A stretch of DNA of 64,000 nucleotides. Origin: Clostridiales bacterium (GTDB lineage Bacteria; Bacillota; Clostridia; Christensenellales; Borkfalkiaceae). Numbering within the stretch: position 1 is the stretch's first letter; each line of letters begins with the position of its first letter. This document shows positions 63,017 through 64,000 of this stretch, piece by piece. The notes below the pieces were generated by a model, which saw only the letters and a program-made list of their open reading frames with translations, ran no database searches and was not told the DNA's origin. The stretch spans positions 57,234 to 121,233 of the forward strand of contig SVHG01000006.1 of the NCBI GenBank assembly GCA_015055965.1, written 5' to 3'. The position numbers and the translations under genes were made by a program.

Positions 63017-63052
63017 AAAAACCCCGCCGTTTTTATGCCCGGCGGGGTTTAT
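63017..63052 (-). terminator. intrinsic (bidirectional) terminator 3' of the surface protein gene
   Basis: CCCCGCCG (63022-63029) pairs with CGGCGGGG (63040-63047). It is flanked by A-runs and T-runs. Confidence 0.75.
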
Positions 63053-63071
63053 TTTTATTATTTACCCTGTT

Positions 63072-64000
63072 TTAGTTTTCTTTTGACTTTTTAACAACCG
63101 TAAATAGAGCTACTGCTAATCCTAAGCTACCTAATAAAGAACCGCTTAAGCTTGAGCTACAGCCTTGAGCCTTAGGTCTTTCTGAAGTGCTATCTTGATT
63201 TGAAGATGAAGAGCTATCCTGAGTACCTAAAACGGGAATAGTTTCACTAACCTCATCACCGCAATGACGGCAGGTTTTAACTTTTAAACCTTCTTCCGTT
63301 TCGGTTGCGGGCTCAACAACTACCCAATCACCGTAAGAGTGCTTACAGGGCTCGTTTTCACCGCCGCCTTCATTACCGCCACCTTGGTTTCCACTATTAG
63401 AAAACTCCATAATCCAAGCGTTCTTAAGCTGCGCGCCGTTATAGTTTCCTACAACCGTTAATAGCTTAACGGTATCGCCTGCAACGGGGGTGTTTTCCAT
63501 TTCACCAAAGCGCTTATCACCGTCTGCGCTGAAAGAGCCGTATACTAAAATGGTGTTGCCCTGTTCGTCCTTTATAGTCATATTACCGTAATAAGTATCC
63601 TTTACTTCCACGATAACGCCTTCTACGTAGTATTTAACAGGGGTTACGGTGTTATGAGTTAACGCCGCGCCCATTTCTAATGCTTGACTAATAGTAATAG
63701 TTTCAGCTTCTACGGGAGGAGTTACCTCACCGCCACCTTGGTTTCCGCCTTCACCGGGGGTTATTTCAATAATCCAAGCGTTCTTAAGCTGTGCGCCGTT
63801 AAAGTTTCCTACAACCGTTAATAGCTTAACGGTATCGCCAACCTTGGGTTGAACGGATAAAGAATCAAATCTGGTTTCTCCGTCTGCGCTCCAAGTGCCG
63901 TAAACTAAAATGCTTGAACCGCTTTCATCTTTAATACACATATTACCGTATTGAGTATTAGTTATTTCCGTAACAACACCGCTTACGTAATATTGAACGT
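63072..64000 (-). CDS. secreted/surface repeat protein (OB-fold-like repeats), C-terminal part; the ORF continues past the right edge
   Basis: The track starts at M 63941, but my translation of 63942-63998 (VQYYVSGVVTEITNTQYGN) matches the internal repeat VKYYVEGVIVEVKDTYYGNMTIKDEQGNTILVYG...GDTVKLLTVVGNYNGAQLKNAWI. At least three repeat copies are therefore present. The C-terminus carries a CxH...CRHC Cys motif, a Ser-rich linker and a hydrophobic anchor GSLLGSLGLAVALFTVVKKSKEN. Confidence 0.75.
   Translation of the reverse strand, partial: VQYYVSGVVTEITNTQYGNMCIKDESGSSILVYGTWSADGETRFDSLSVQPKVGDTVKLLTVVGNFNGAQLKNAWIIEITPGEGGNQGGGEVTPPVEAETITISQALEMGAALTHNTVTPVKYYVEGVIVEVKDTYYGNMTIKDEQGNTILVYGSFSADGDKRFGEMENTPVAGDTVKLLTVVGNYNGAQLKNAWIMEFSNSGNQGGGNEGGGENEPCKHSYGDWVVVEPATETEEGLKVKTCRHCGDEVSETIPVLGTQDSSSSSNQDSTSERPKAQGCSSSLSGSLLGSLGLAVALFTVVKKSKEN

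Overview
Low-GC, Firmicutes/Clostridia-like chromosomal window, coded almost entirely on the minus strand. All calls come from reading the sequence and the ORF track; no searches were run, and repeat coordinates are approximate (+/-10-30 nt). (1) 47.9% of the window (30705-61367) is one uninterrupted 30,663-nt ORF. It encodes a 10,220-aa acidic protein with an N-terminal membrane anchor, built from roughly 90 tandem ~96-100-aa repeats. These are organised into super-repeats separated by seven conserved hydrophobic modules. A perfect consensus promoter drives it, and it sits directly upstream of rpsF-ssb-rpsR. I do not recognise its family. (2) A three-gene minus-strand cluster (26654->20344) is my best candidate for an undescribed conflict or anti-phage system. 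It encodes a 716-aa protein with one alpha/alpha-toroid-type motif, a ParA/MinD-like ATPase with a KGGSGR Walker A variant, and an 889-aa protein with an internal TIR-like domain. An unusual array of 'mini-hairpin + AATTCAT' units lies in its internal 202-bp spacer. (3) Other accessory content: the N-terminus of cas9 at the left edge (missing from the ORF track) with a divergent tracrRNA-like small RNA; a 5'-truncated chimeric RHS toxin-tip ORF with two duplicated LRR membrane proteins and a toxin-tail remnant; and an intact IS256-family element with an 8-bp target-site duplication. (4) Ordinary content: two GNAT genes, three VanZ-like genes, an ECF sigma/anti-sigma/lipoprotein operon, an NYN+OST-HTH protein, an NrdG-like radical SAM activase, a PLP decarboxylase, a YkgJ-type Cys-cluster protein, a cytidylate-kinase-like protein, a DAG/lipid kinase, and a partial surface repeat protein at the right edge.
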